Below, in pieces: positions 63,129-64,000 of a stretch of DNA of 64,000 nucleotides (positions are counted from its first letter, which is position 1; every line of letters begins with the position of its first letter). The DNA comes from Desulfobacterales bacterium. GTDB lineage: Bacteria; Desulfobacterota; Desulfobacteria; Desulfobacterales; UBA2174. The DNA lies in the NCBI GenBank assembly GCA_963668645.2, contig CAXXWC010000003.1, positions 384,001 to 448,000 on the forward strand, written 5' to 3'. The notes under the pieces are model-generated. The model saw only the letters and a program-made list of their open reading frames with translations, ran no database searches and was not told the origin of the DNA. Both the position numbers and the translations under genes were made by a program.

Positions 63129-64000
63129 TCATCCCTGCGTCTCCGCCACGCGGCTGCAGCCGAACATCCGCATGAAATTCAGGTAAATTTCCTCAGCCAT
63201 TCTAAGTTGCTTGATCGGCATGCTCTCCTTGGCGGTGTGAACGATGAATTCGTCGCCGGGGCCTATGCCGATGGTGGGAATATGAAAATCATTGACGATG
63301 TAGCTCGAGTCCAGAGTGAACTGCCAGCTTCGCAGCTTCGGGCTTTGGGCGGTCTTTTGCTCCACAGCCTGTTTCATCATCTGTACGTATGGGGTGTTCG
63401 GATCGATGAAGGTCGGTCGCATCCGATCCGAGACCACCTTGAGTTCATACTTGAAATCCGGATTCTTTTCGCCCAGCCCTTCGAGGATCGCCAACAGTTC
63501 ATCTTTCCGGTCGCTGGGACTTTCGCCCGGGAAGTAGCGGCTGTCGAATGTCAGCCGGCATCGGTCCGGGACCACGCTCAAGCGTCCGGGACTGCATTCG
63601 ATATTGGTCACGGCACAGGTGGCCCGGCCGAGAAAGGGGTGGCTTTTGGACTCCAGGCTCTGGATGTATCCATCCAGCGCGTTGAGAAAATCGCGCATGG
63701 TCAAAACGGCGTTGATACCGCCGTGGGGATTGCTGCCGTGGGAGGTCTTGCCGAAGGTCTCGAGGCAGAACTGGACGTACCCCCTGAAGCCGAGGCAGAT
63801 GTCCAGGTTGCTCGCCTCGCCGATCACCGCCACCTGCGGTTGGACATCGAGATGCTGCATGGCGTAAGTCGTGCCGGTCCCATTGGCCGGCTCTTCCTCC
63901 ACCACAGCATGAAATAGGACGTTGGGCGGCTGGGCCAGTTCGTCCAACCGGCTGAAGGCGGCGATATAGGCTGCCAGCGCGCCTTTCATGTCCACGCTGC
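63129..64000 (-). CDS. M20-family metallo-amidohydrolase (ArgE/DapE/YgeY-like); 5' end outside the window
   Basis: DMKG, VEEE, IGEAS, GKTSHGSNP..GINA, GPG....HT.KE motifs. Confidence 0.9.
   Translation of the reverse strand, partial: SVDMKGALAAYIAAFSRLDELAQPPNVLFHAVVEEEPANGTGTTYAMQHLDVQPQVAVIGEASNLDICLGFRGYVQFCLETFGKTSHGSNPHGGINAVLTMRDFLNALDGYIQSLESKSHPFLGRATCAVTNIECSPGRLSVVPDRCRLTFDSRYFPGESPSDRKDELLAILEGLGEKNPDFKYELKVVSDRMRPTFIDPNTPYVQMMKQAVEQKTAQSPKLRSWQFTLDSSYIVNDFHIPTIGIGPGDEFIVHTAKESMPIKQLRMAEEIYLNFMRMFGCSRVAETQG

Overview
GC-rich bacterial chromosomal segment. Gene content (ahbC, PurS-PurL fusion, short EF-Ts, fimU-pilW-pilV-pilX-pilY1 order) points to a Desulfobacterota/Desulfobacterales-like organism; this is an inference. 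Most of the window is core genome: recR-ybaB-dnaX, tRNA-Ser, hflKC, groESL, purQL, rpsB-tsf-pyrH-frr-uppS-cdsA-dxr-rseP, rho-rpmE-prfA-prmC, adk, rpsU, folC and tRNA-Arg. Two accessory blocks stand out. (1) At 11.7-30.3 kb is a type IV pilus tip locus whose PilY1 is a 4069-aa mosaic with 15 exact 330-bp tandem repeats, further Ig/PKD domains, a vWA domain with an inserted module, and a PilC beta-propeller with another inserted module. (2) At 51.3-64 kb are two tandem branched-chain-amino-acid-type (HAAT/Liv) ABC importers with an M20 hydrolase, UcpA and a Zn-dependent dehydrogenase. Two genes absent from the ORF track were found by reading the sequence. One is a glutamate-racemase homologue at the left edge that lacks both catalytic cysteines. 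The other is a 32-aa bS22/mS38-like ribosomal protein gene at 8124-8222. An atypical ClpX paralogue is also present. No CRISPR array, integrase, transposase or rRNA was seen.
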